Origin: Planctomycetota bacterium
GTDB taxonomy: Bacteria; Planctomycetota; UBA11346
NCBI GenBank assembly: GCA_038213805.1
Contig: JBBQSO010000020.1
Coordinates: forward strand, 1 to 64,000
Length of the DNA stretch: 64,000 bases
Direction of reading: 5' to 3'
Below the pieces are notes generated by a model, which had not been told where the DNA came from, did not search any database, and saw only the letters and a list, made by a program, of their open reading frames with translations. How positions within the stretch are numbered: position 1 is the first letter of the stretch; each line of letters starts with the position of its first letter. Positions 1 through 8,517 of the stretch are shown in pieces. Position numbers and translations under genes: made by a program.

Positions 1-2
1 AC

Positions 3-1247
3 CTGCTCGCGCGCCTCTCCGACCTCTACGCGCACGCCACCGTGACCGTCCTCGGCCTCACCCCGCTGCAGTGGGTGCTGGTGGTGGGCTGCGCCACTGC
101 GGTGTGGGGCGCGGTCGCCGGTCTGGTGCAGACCGACATCAAGAAGGCGCTCGCCTACTCGACGGTCAGCCAGCTCGGCTTCATGTTCATGGCGGCCGGC
201 GTCGGCGCCTTCGACGTGGCGCTGTTCCACGTCTTCACCCACGCCTTCTTCAAGGCTACGCTGTTCCTCGCCGCCGGCTCGGTCATCCACGGCCTGCACC
301 ATGAGCAGGACATGCGCAAAATGGGTGGCTTGGCCAAGCTCATGCCGATCACCTATACCTGGTTCTTCTGCGGCTGGTTCGCAATCATCGGCCTGCCCGG
401 GGGCTCGGGCTTCTGGTCGAAGGACCTGATCCTCGAGCGCCTCTTCGCCGGCGCCAACTTCGCCCCGGTGATCGGCGCGATCGCCGCGGCCACCGCCTTC
501 CTGACCGCGGTCTACATGACGCGCGTGATGTACCTGACCTTCTGGAGCCCGAGCCGCCTGAGCGACGAGGCCAAGGCCCACGTCCACGAATCGCCCGCGA
601 CCATGCTGGTGCCGATCACCATCCTCGGCTTCGGCAGCCTGGTGGTCGGCGTGCTGTGGGCGCCGCTCGGCTTCGGCGTGCACTTCTTCGGCAACTACCT
701 CGCGCCGGTGGTCGGCGGTGCGCAGCAGGTGGTCGCCGCGGCGGCGCAGGCAGCGGGCGGTGCCGCCCACGAGCACGTCGCGGCCGAGGGGGCCGTCCAC
801 GCCTTCGAGATGCCCTGGGCGACGGTCATCGGCACCGTCGCCGCGTTCCTCGGCCTGGTGGTCGCCGCGCTGTACTGGCGCAAGGGCCCGACCGGCGCGT
901 TGACCGGTGACCTGACCGGCTTCGCCGCGCGCTGGACCTGGGGCTTCGACCGCTTCTACGACGCGGTGGTGGTGGCGCCGGTCAAGATCCTGGCCTTCGT
1001 CATCGCCTGGATCGTCGAGGCCATCGTCGGCGGCATCGTCGGCCTGGTCGCGCCGCTCGCGCGCTTCATGAGCGAGGGCTACACCAGCATCCAGCGGCCG
1101 CGACTGCGCAGCTCGCTGGCCCTGAGCGTCGCCGGCGCCACCGTGCTGGTCGCCGTCCTGCTGCTGCAGGGTCCACTGGCGATCGGCGTGGCGGTGGCCG
1201 GCGTCGCCGTGGCCACCCTCTACCTGTTCCTGGAATTCTTCTTCTGA
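3..1247 (+). CDS. nuoL: NADH-quinone oxidoreductase subunit L (5' truncated by window edge)
   Basis: Motifs DIKKALAYSTVSQLGFM, HAFFKATLFLAAGSVIH, EQDMRKMGGL; followed by nuoM and nuoN. Confidence 0.95.
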   Translation: MLARLSDLYAHATVTVLGLTPLQWVLVVGCATAVWGAVAGLVQTDIKKALAYSTVSQLGFMFMAAGVGAFDVALFHVFTHAFFKATLFLAAGSVIHGLHHEQDMRKMGGLAKLMPITYTWFFCGWFAIIGLPGGSGFWSKDLILERLFAGANFAPVIGAIAAATAFLTAVYMTRVMYLTFWSPSRLSDEAKAHVHESPATMLVPITILGFGSLVVGVLWAPLGFGVHFFGNYLAPVVGGAQQVVAAAAQAAGGAAHEHVAAEGAVHAFEMPWATVIGTVAAFLGLVVAALYWRKGPTGALTGDLTGFAARWTWGFDRFYDAVVVAPVKILAFVIAWIVEAIVGGIVGLVAPLARFMSEGYTSIQRPRLRSSLALSVAGATVLVAVLLLQGPLAIGVAVAGVAVATLYLFLEFFF

Positions 1248-1272
1248 GGCCGCCTGGCCACGCCAAGGAATC

Positions 1273-2850
1273 GTGATGCTCTACGCTCTGCTCGCCGCAC
1301 CGCTGCTCGCCGCCCTGCTCACCGTCTTCGCCTCCGGCAAAGACAGCGAGTCGAGCTTCCGCATCGGCTTCGTGCTGTCCCTGGCGATCGCCGTGTTCGG
1401 CTCGGCCCTGGTGCTGTGCAACGCCGGACAGCCGGTGTCGGTGCCGTGGTTCACCATGTGGGGAACCAGCGCGACCGTGCACTTCAGTCTTGGCGCGAAC
1501 GGCCTCAGCGCCTGGCTGATCCAGCTCGTCACCTGGTTGACGCCGGTGGCGCTGCTCGGCAGCCGCGGTCTGGTCGGCGGGCGCATGCGCGAATTCGCAG
1601 TCGCCATCCTGGCCATGGAAGGGTTGATGATCGGCTCGCTGCTGGCCCGCGACCTGGTGGTCTTCTACGTGTTCTACGAGGCCATGCTGGTGCCGATGGT
1701 GGTGCTGATCTGCGTTTACGGCGGTGCCGAGCGCCGTTCCGCGGCGCTGTGGTTCTTCCTCTATACCATGCTCGGCTCGGTGTTCATGCTGGTCGGCATC
1801 TGGTGGCTGGCCGACAAGACCGGCAAGACCGACATCGCCGACGTCATCGCGGCGCTGCCCGCGCTGCGCCAGGACGGCACCCTCGGCCCCTACGCCGACA
1901 AGCTGCTGTTCCTCGCCTTCGTGCTCGCCTTCGCGGTCAAGGTGCCGCTGGTACCGCTGCACAGCTGGCAGGCGCGCACCTACGCCGAGACCCCCGCGGG
2001 CGGCGCGGTGATGCTCGCCGGCGCCATGGCCAAGATCGGCATTTACGGCTTCCTGGTCTTCGTCCTGCCGATGTTCCCGGCGCAGTGCGCGCAGTATGCG
2101 ATGGTGTTCATCGTGCTCGGCCTGATTGGCGTGGTCGGCGGCGCGCTCGCGGCGCTCGCCCAGGACGACATCAAGCGTATGCTCGCCTATTCGTCGCTGA
2201 GCCACCTCGGCCTGGTCATGGTCGGCATCTTCAGCTTCCACCAGGCCGCGCTCGCCGGCGTGCCGGTGCAGATGATCGCGCATGGCCTGTCGGTGGCCGC
2301 GCTGTTCCTGCTGGTCGGCTACCTCGAGGGGCGCACCGCCAACCGCGGTATCGACGACTTCGGCGGCCTCGCCGGGCGCACGCCGCTGCTCGCGGTGCTG
2401 TTCGTGGTCGCGGCGCTGGCCTCGGCCGCGCTGCCGGGCACGGGCAACTTCGTCGGCGAGTTCCTGCTGCTGTTCGGCACCTATGCCGGCGCGGGTGCCA
2501 CTGTCGCGGTGGTCGCCGGCCTGGCGGTGATCCTGGGCGTGGTTTATCTGCTGCGCGTCATCCAGCGCTGGTTCTATGGTCAGCGCCACCCCAGCCTCGA
2601 CCGCCTCGCCGACCTCGGCGCGGGCGAGGCCCTGGCGGTGATCCCGCTGCTGCTCGCCAGCTTCGCCCTCGGCTTCTACCCCAAGCCGATCACCGCCCAG
2701 ACCGGGCCGGTGCTTGAGGAGCTGGTGAAGTCCGCGCGCGCCGCCAACGACACCCTGCACGGACTCAAGCTCGCCGACGCGCCCAGGGCCCCTGCGCCCG
2801 CGGCCGCGGCCCCCGCCGGCACGCCGGCCGTCGCCGCCCCCGCCCCCTGA
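1273..2850 (+). CDS. nuoM: NADH-quinone oxidoreductase subunit M
   Basis: AFAVKVPLVPLHSW, DIKRMLAYSSLSHLG, LPGTGNFVGEF; start may be ATG 1276. Confidence 0.95.
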   Translation: MMLYALLAAPLLAALLTVFASGKDSESSFRIGFVLSLAIAVFGSALVLCNAGQPVSVPWFTMWGTSATVHFSLGANGLSAWLIQLVTWLTPVALLGSRGLVGGRMREFAVAILAMEGLMIGSLLARDLVVFYVFYEAMLVPMVVLICVYGGAERRSAALWFFLYTMLGSVFMLVGIWWLADKTGKTDIADVIAALPALRQDGTLGPYADKLLFLAFVLAFAVKVPLVPLHSWQARTYAETPAGGAVMLAGAMAKIGIYGFLVFVLPMFPAQCAQYAMVFIVLGLIGVVGGALAALAQDDIKRMLAYSSLSHLGLVMVGIFSFHQAALAGVPVQMIAHGLSVAALFLLVGYLEGRTANRGIDDFGGLAGRTPLLAVLFVVAALASAALPGTGNFVGEFLLLFGTYAGAGATVAVVAGLAVILGVVYLLRVIQRWFYGQRHPSLDRLADLGAGEALAVIPLLLASFALGFYPKPITAQTGPVLEELVKSARAANDTLHGLKLADAPRAPAPAAAAPAGTPAVAAPAP

Positions 2851-2863
2851 TGCCCAGCCCCTG

Positions 2864-4447
2864 GTGACCCCCATGCCTCCTGCCGATCTCTTCCCGCTGC
2901 TCGCGCCCCTCAGTCTGGTCATCGCCGGGGCGCTGGTGGTGCTGGGCTTCGAGCCCTTCTTGCAGCGCAGCGCCAAGCACGCCCTGCTGCCGTGGCTGGC
3001 GGCCCTGTTCCTGGTCGGCGCCGGCCTGGTCCAGGTGTACGCCCCGACCGGGCACCTGCATGGCCTGCTCGCCATGGACAACGCGCGCGCCTGGTTGTGC
3101 GCGTCGATCATCGGCGCCACGCTGTGCGCCATCGCCGGCCTGCAGCAGACCCTCAGCCGCGACGACTACCCGGGCGGCGAGGCCTACGCCTTGACGCTGT
3201 TCGGCGCCGCGGGCGCGTTGCTCATGGTCATGGCCAACGACACCCTGGCGCTGTTCCTGGGCATCGAGCTGGCCTCGCTGTCGGTCTACGCGCTGGTCGG
3301 CCTGCGCCGCAACCGCGCCGAGTCCAACGAGGGCCTTTTCAAGTACTTCGTGATGGGTGCGGTGTTCTCGGCGATCTACCTCTACGGCGCGGCGCTGACC
3401 TACGGTGCGACCGGCGGCACCGGCTTCGGTCGCGCGGTGATCGGCCAGCACGACCAGCTCTTCCTGTTCGGCCAGGTGCTGATGATGATCGGCCTGCTCT
3501 TCAAGGTCGGTGCGGTGCCCTTCCACTTCTGGACGGCCGACGCCTACACCGGCGCGCCCATCGCCGTCACCGGCTTCATGGGTGCGGTCATCAAGGTCGG
3601 CGGCTTCGCCGCGATCGGCGCGCTGTGGCTGGCGATGGCGGCGGTCAAGAGCGGCTTCAAGGTCGAGGCGCCGCTCAACCTCGGTGACGCGGTGACCCTG
3701 ACCGAGGCCGGCAAGAGCGCGCTCGCCACCTTCAACCTGGTGTTCCTGGTGCTCGGTCTGCTCAGCCTGGTACTGGGCAACTTCAGCGCTCTCAAGCAGA
3801 CCAGCGCGCGGCGCATCGTCGCCTTCAGCGCCGTCGCGCAGTCGGGCTATATGCTGCTCGCCCTTGCGCTGCCGACGGTCGGCGACCAGCTCGGCCTCGG
3901 CCCGCTGTGGTTCTTCCTGGTCGCCTACGCCATCGGCACCGCCGGCAGCCTGACCGCCTTCGCAGCCATCGCCGGCCCGGACGACGCCGGTGACTCGCTC
4001 GCCGGCCTCGCCGGCCAGGGCCGCGTGCAGCCGTTCTACGGCTTCATGCTGACGATCTTCCTGATCAGCATCGCCGGCGTGCCGGCGACCGCCGGCTTCG
4101 TCGGCAAGTTCCTGGTCTTCGCCGACCTGGTGGCCAAGGACAAGGTCATGATCGCGGTCTTCGCCATGCTCATGGCGGTGGTCGGCGCGGCCTACTACAT
4201 CCGCATGGTGGTGACGCTGTGGTCAGCGCCCGTGAAGGAGCCGGTGCGGACCGGCAGCACCGCACTGACCACCTGGTCGCTGGCCGCCGCGGCGATCGCC
4301 GTGGTGGCGCTGATCGGCTGGCCGGGCGCGCTGGTCAAGCCGCGCCAGATGGCGGCCGTGGCGCACCCCGCCGCCCCCGTCGCGGTCGCGGCCGATGCCG
4401 CGGCCCAGCCGGCGGTACCCGTCGACCACGTCGCCGCCGCGCCCTGA
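2864..4447 (+). CDS. nuoN: NADH-quinone oxidoreductase subunit N
   Basis: SNEGLFKYF, FKVGAVPFHFWTADAYTGAP, SIAGVPATAGFVGKF. Confidence 0.95.
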   Translation: MTPMPPADLFPLLAPLSLVIAGALVVLGFEPFLQRSAKHALLPWLAALFLVGAGLVQVYAPTGHLHGLLAMDNARAWLCASIIGATLCAIAGLQQTLSRDDYPGGEAYALTLFGAAGALLMVMANDTLALFLGIELASLSVYALVGLRRNRAESNEGLFKYFVMGAVFSAIYLYGAALTYGATGGTGFGRAVIGQHDQLFLFGQVLMMIGLLFKVGAVPFHFWTADAYTGAPIAVTGFMGAVIKVGGFAAIGALWLAMAAVKSGFKVEAPLNLGDAVTLTEAGKSALATFNLVFLVLGLLSLVLGNFSALKQTSARRIVAFSAVAQSGYMLLALALPTVGDQLGLGPLWFFLVAYAIGTAGSLTAFAAIAGPDDAGDSLAGLAGQGRVQPFYGFMLTIFLISIAGVPATAGFVGKFLVFADLVAKDKVMIAVFAMLMAVVGAAYYIRMVVTLWSAPVKEPVRTGSTALTTWSLAAAAIAVVALIGWPGALVKPRQMAAVAHPAAPVAVAADAAAQPAVPVDHVAAAP

Positions 4448-4454
4448 GCGCCGC

Positions 4455-4907
4455 ATGACCGCGCACCTGCGCGACATCCGCGTGCGCTACGCCGAGACCG
4501 ATCAGATGGGCGTGGCGCACCACGCCGCCTACGTGGTGTGGTTCGAGGAGTGCCGCATCGAGCTGATGCGCGCGCGCGGCGCCGACTACCGCGAGCAGGA
4601 GCGTCAGGGCGTGCGCATGCCGGTGATCGAACTGACGGTGCGCTACCGCCGCCCGCTGCGCTTCGACGATGTCGCGAGCTGCGCCACCACGGTCGCGGTC
4701 AAGGGGCCCAGCCGCCTCGCCTTCCGCACCGTGGTCAGCCTGGGCGCGACGGTGTGCGCCGAGGCCGAGGTCACCGTCGCCGCCACCGGGGCGGATGGCC
4801 GGCCGGTGCGCGTCCCGGAGGACGTTCTGCGCAGGATCGCGGATGATGCGCTGTCAGGGCCGTCGGGTCCGGAGGTCCGGAAGTCTGGAAGTCCGGAAGT
4901 CTCGTAG
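4455..4907 (+). CDS. Acyl-CoA thioesterase (YbgC/4HBT hot-dog family)
   Basis: RVRYAETDQMGVAHHAAY motif; ATG 4455 just after the nuoN stop. Confidence 0.88.
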   Translation: MTAHLRDIRVRYAETDQMGVAHHAAYVVWFEECRIELMRARGADYREQERQGVRMPVIELTVRYRRPLRFDDVASCATTVAVKGPSRLAFRTVVSLGATVCAEAEVTVAATGADGRPVRVPEDVLRRIADDALSGPSGPEVRKSGSPEVS

Positions 4908-5062
4908 GAGTGGGTCGATGCCGGTGGCGCGTGCGCGCCAAAGCGCGCGTCCCGTTCCGCGTCGCTGATGCGTCCCGTTCCTCGTCGCTGAGGAGTCGGG
5001 ATTCCCGAGCGGTCACTGGGCCAGGAGACTTCAGGACTACCGGACCCCCAGACTTCCGGACC
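4866..5062. repeat. Inverted pair of GTCCGGAA-type octamer arrays around a 121-nt spacer
   Basis: Left arm 4866-4903 (4 units + GTCTC); right arm 5025-5062 is the reverse-complement arrangement (4 units + GTCTC). Confidence 0.9.
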
Positions 5063-5336
5063 GCCCGCCAGCGATGGCGGGCACGATGTCGACGAGTTCG
5101 CCGTCCTTGAGCGCGGTGGCTTGGCCGTCGAGGAAGCGGATGTCCTCCTCGCCGACGAACACGTTGACGAAGCGCTTCAGCTTGCCGGCGTCGTCGCACA
5201 GGCGCGCCATGATGCCGGGATGGGCGGCCTCGAGCGCGGCCAGGGCCTGGTCGACCGTCGCCGCGGGGACCTCGATGGTCTCCTTGCCGGCGGTGAGGTT
5301 ACGCAGGACGCTGGGGATGCGGACGGTGACGGCCAT
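5037..5336 (-). CDS. MoaD/ThiS/CysO family ubiquitin-like sulfur carrier with 8-aa extension after GG
   Basis: MAVTVRIPSVLR, FVNVFVGEEDIRFLDG, IVPAIAGG; SD AGGAG upstream of ATG. Confidence 0.9.
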   Translation of the reverse strand: MAVTVRIPSVLRNLTAGKETIEVPAATVDQALAALEAAHPGIMARLCDDAGKLKRFVNVFVGEEDIRFLDGQATALKDGELVDIVPAIAGGRSGSLGVR

Positions 5337-5453
5337 GACGGGCTCCTGTGAGGCGCGGGGGGGCATGGTGCCGGGGGCGGCCCTTCGGGCAAGCCCGGGC
5401 CGGGGTCCACTCGGCAGGCTTCTCGCCCGCCTGGAAGCCGCTAGGCTGCGGCC

Positions 5454-6155
5454 ATGAACGCCGATGCCGAACTGGTGATGGGCAGCATGTTCGCCGTGGT
5501 CGGCGGCCTGCTGCTGTTCGCCCTGGTGCCGCTGCTCGGGGTGGCGGTGGTGCGCTGGCTGCGCCTGCCGCAGGACCCGCCCGACGCCCTGCGCCTGGAT
5601 CCCCCGCCCCCGGGCGTGCGCCCGCCCGGGGCGCCAGAGGCGGCGCGCGCCATCGCCGCCGGTCAGGCACGCCTGGCCGCGCTCTACCACCGCACCTACG
5701 CCATCCTGCGCCTCGCCCAGTCGTGCGGCGACGCGCTGGCCGGCGTCGAGCTGCAGCTGGCCGCGGTGCCGCCCCCGGCCACTGCCGCGGCGGTGGACCG
5801 TCTGCGCGCCGCCGCGGTGACCGCGAGCGCGGCCAGTGCGGCCGCGCAGGAGGTGCTGCGGCCCATCGACCTGGCGCTGCGCCCGGATGGCATCCCGCGC
5901 CAGCCCGGTACGGTCGCAGTGGCGGTGCCCGCGTCAGCGGCGACAGCTCCCGCCCTGGCTGAGGACGCCCTCGCCGCCGCCGCGCGCAGCCTCGCCGATC
6001 ATGAGGTCGCAGCGCAAGGGGCCTATGCCGCCGCCGAGGCGGCACTGGTCGAGCTGCCCGACCTGCACGGCCGTCGTCGCCTGTATCTCTTGCTCGGGGT
6101 GGCGCTGTTCATGGCGCTGTGGTTCGTGGCGATGTCCATCCTGATGCGGCGCTGA
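5454..6155 (+). CDS. Hypothetical membrane protein (N- and C-terminal TM helices, Ala-rich helical middle)
   Basis: Hydrophobic termini; lies 7 nt upstream of radC. Confidence 0.7.
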   Translation: MNADAELVMGSMFAVVGGLLLFALVPLLGVAVVRWLRLPQDPPDALRLDPPPPGVRPPGAPEAARAIAAGQARLAALYHRTYAILRLAQSCGDALAGVELQLAAVPPPATAAAVDRLRAAAVTASAASAAAQEVLRPIDLALRPDGIPRQPGTVAVAVPASAATAPALAEDALAAAARSLADHEVAAQGAYAAAEAALVELPDLHGRRRLYLLLGVALFMALWFVAMSILMRR

Positions 6156-6162
6156 AGCGGCC

Positions 6163-7107
6163 ATGGCGCTCGCGCTCGAGGATGCCCTGCGCCTGCAGCC
6201 CGCCTCCGCCACGCGCTTCCTGCGCGCCGCTCTCGGCCTCGCCGCGCCCTCGCCGGCGGAGCTCGCCGAGGCCGGCGTGCCGCATTACGAGGCCACGCTC
6301 TTCTGCCGCCGCCTGACCGGTGCCGGCGAACTCGTCGGCGATGGTTGGAGCGTGGCGGCGCGCACTGGCTACGCCGCGCTGCTCGCCCGCCAGGGCGCGG
6401 ACGCCCGTCCGCAGCAGCGCCTGGCGCGCCTCAGCGACGAGGAACGCCCACGCGAGAAGGCGCTGCGCTCCGGCTTCGCCGCGCTCGGCGATGGCGAGTT
6501 GCTGGCGCTGCTGCTGCGCACCGGTTCCGGCGACGAGGGCGTGCTCGAATTCGCCGACCGCCTGCTCATCGACCATGACGGTCTGGTCGGCCTGTCGCGC
6601 CTCGATCTTGCTGCGCTCATGGAGGAGGGTGGCCTTGGTCCAGCGCGCGCTACTGAGCTGGCCGCCGCATTCGAACTCGCCGCGCGCCTGGCGCGCTCCG
6701 CCCGGCGCCGCGACCGCCCACGCCTGCGCACGCCCGAGGAGGTCGTGCAGTACCTGCAGGGCGAACTCGTGCGCCTCGCCCACGAGGAGTTCTGGTGTCT
6801 CGCGCTCGACGCCCGTGGTGGTCTGATCGGCGAGCCGCGCGTGGTCAGCAAGGGCGACGTCGACGGCACCGAGGCCGGCCCGCGCGCGTTCTTCCGCCTC
6901 GCTCTCGCCGCCGGCGCGAGCAGCTGCCTGGCGGTGCACAACCATCCCAGCGGCGACCCCGAACCCTCGGCCGCCGACCGCGCCATCACCCGGCGTCTGG
7001 CGGAATGCGGGCGGCTGCTCGACCTGCCGCTCAATGATCACCTGATCTGCGGCGATGGCGGACGCTTCGTGAGCCTGCGGCGGCAGTGCCCAGAGTGCTT
7101 TCGCTGA
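6163..7107 (+). CDS. radC: RadC/UPF0758 JAB-domain protein with N-terminal extension
   Basis: ERPREKAL, ELLALLLRTG, HEEF, HNHPSGDPEPSAAD, DHLI. Confidence 0.9.
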   Translation: MALALEDALRLQPASATRFLRAALGLAAPSPAELAEAGVPHYEATLFCRRLTGAGELVGDGWSVAARTGYAALLARQGADARPQQRLARLSDEERPREKALRSGFAALGDGELLALLLRTGSGDEGVLEFADRLLIDHDGLVGLSRLDLAALMEEGGLGPARATELAAAFELAARLARSARRRDRPRLRTPEEVVQYLQGELVRLAHEEFWCLALDARGGLIGEPRVVSKGDVDGTEAGPRAFFRLALAAGASSCLAVHNHPSGDPEPSAADRAITRRLAECGRLLDLPLNDHLICGDGGRFVSLRRQCPECFR

Positions 7108-7110
7108 AAG

Positions 7111-7130
7111 AGCAGTGCGCCTGCACTGCT
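7111..7130. terminator. Hairpin just after radC stop
   Basis: AGCAGTGC-gcct-GCACTGCT; no clear U-tract. Confidence 0.35.
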
Positions 7131-7324
7131 GCAGCGACGCGACACTTGGAACATTCCTCCGCGCCAGGGTCGCTGCTCAGCCTGCGCCCAGAGGCGACCG
7201 TGGGCGTGTCGGCGAGTCCCGTTGCCGAGCTTCCAGGAAAGCCCCGGAGGACCTTGCCGTCCCCTCGACGACCGTGCTCACGTCCGCCCCATCCCTGCGC
7301 GCGCTCTCCAGCCCGCGCGGGATC

Positions 7325-8392
7325 TCAGGCCTTGGCGCGTTTGTAGAATGGCAGGGAGCAGACTTGCGCGGCGCAGCGCGTGCCGCGCACGTCGATTTCC
7401 AGAGCGGTGCCGATCGCCGCCAGGGCGGTGGGCACGTAGCCCATGCCGATCGCCACCCCCAGGGTCGGCGACAGCGTACCGCTGGTGACGACGCCGACCG
7501 CAGCGCCGCCGGACAGCACTGCATAGCCATGCCTGGGCACGCGCTTCTCGGCCATGGTCAGGCCGACCAGCCGCCGGGACGGCCCGCGCGCGAGCTGCTC
7601 GAGCACCACGCGGTCGCCGATGAAACCGCCCTGCTTGTCGACGGCGAAGGCCAATCCGGCCTCGACCGGGGTCACGCTGCGGTCGAGCTCGTTACCATAG
7701 AGCGGCATGCCGGCCTCCAGGCGCAGGGTGTCGCGGCAGCCCAGGCCGCAGGGCTCGGCGCCGGCTGCCACCAGCGCCAGCCAAAAAGCTTCGGCGCGGT
7801 CATTGGCCAGGAAGCATTCGAAGCCGTCCTCACCGGTGTACCCGGTGCGGCTGAGGCGCACCGGCGTCCCCTGCCAGACGGCATCCAGGAAGCTGTAATA
7901 ACGCTCGGACCGGCCGTCGAGACCCATGCCGGCCAGCAGCGCTGCGGCCTGCGGTCCTTGCACCGCGATCATCGCCTCGGCGGCGGACAGGTCGGCGATG
8001 GCCACCCCGGGCTCGGCCTGCCACAGGGCGAGGATGGCGTCCTTGTTGCTCGCATTGACCACCACGTGGAAGGACTCGGGGCCCTCACGGCTGACCAGGA
8101 CGTCGTCCACCACCGTGCCGTCCTCGGCCAGGACCAGGCCGTAGCGTACCCCACCCGGGGCGAGGTCGGACAGCCGGCGGCAGACCCGGTGGCTGAGGTA
8201 GGCGAGGGCCTTGGCGCCGCTGACGCGCAGGCGGCCCATGTGCCCCAGATCGAAGACGCCGACCCGGCTGCGCACCACCTGGTGCTCGGCGGTGATGCCC
8301 TGGAATTGGACGGGCATGTCCCAGCCGTGGAAGTCGACGAACTTGCCGCCGCGGGCCTGCTGGCAGGCCCAGAGTCCGGTGCGATGTGCCAT
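7325..8392 (-). CDS. gcvT: Glycine cleavage system aminomethyltransferase T
   Basis: FHGWDMPVQF, FDLGHMG, SRTGYTGEDGFE, RDTLRLEAGMPLYGNEL. Confidence 0.95.
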   Translation of the reverse strand: MAHRTGLWACQQARGGKFVDFHGWDMPVQFQGITAEHQVVRSRVGVFDLGHMGRLRVSGAKALAYLSHRVCRRLSDLAPGGVRYGLVLAEDGTVVDDVLVSREGPESFHVVVNASNKDAILALWQAEPGVAIADLSAAEAMIAVQGPQAAALLAGMGLDGRSERYYSFLDAVWQGTPVRLSRTGYTGEDGFECFLANDRAEAFWLALVAAGAEPCGLGCRDTLRLEAGMPLYGNELDRSVTPVEAGLAFAVDKQGGFIGDRVVLEQLARGPSRRLVGLTMAEKRVPRHGYAVLSGGAAVGVVTSGTLSPTLGVAIGMGYVPTALAAIGTALEIDVRGTRCAAQVCSLPFYKRAKA

Positions 8393-8517
8393 CTCTTGTT
8401 TCTCCAACGGTTTCCCGTCATACTGATGGGACGAGCCCGGCAACAATCAGGTTGCGGACCCACGCGATGTACGTTCACTCGTTGGCACAGCAAGCTTTAG
8501 CGTCTGGCGGAGGTGGC

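Noticed and set aside
6163..7107. radC as a marker of a mobile element or prophage
   Set aside because: It is the long chromosomal-type form with an N-terminal ERPREK region, and no mobile genes are nearby
8482..8500. Sigma-54 promoter (TTGGCAC) upstream of the secretin
   Set aside because: No GC at the required spacing 10 nt after GG
8393..8517. Glycine riboswitch upstream of gcvT
   Set aside because: Only 125 nt shared with a divergent promoter, and no recognisable aptamer pattern
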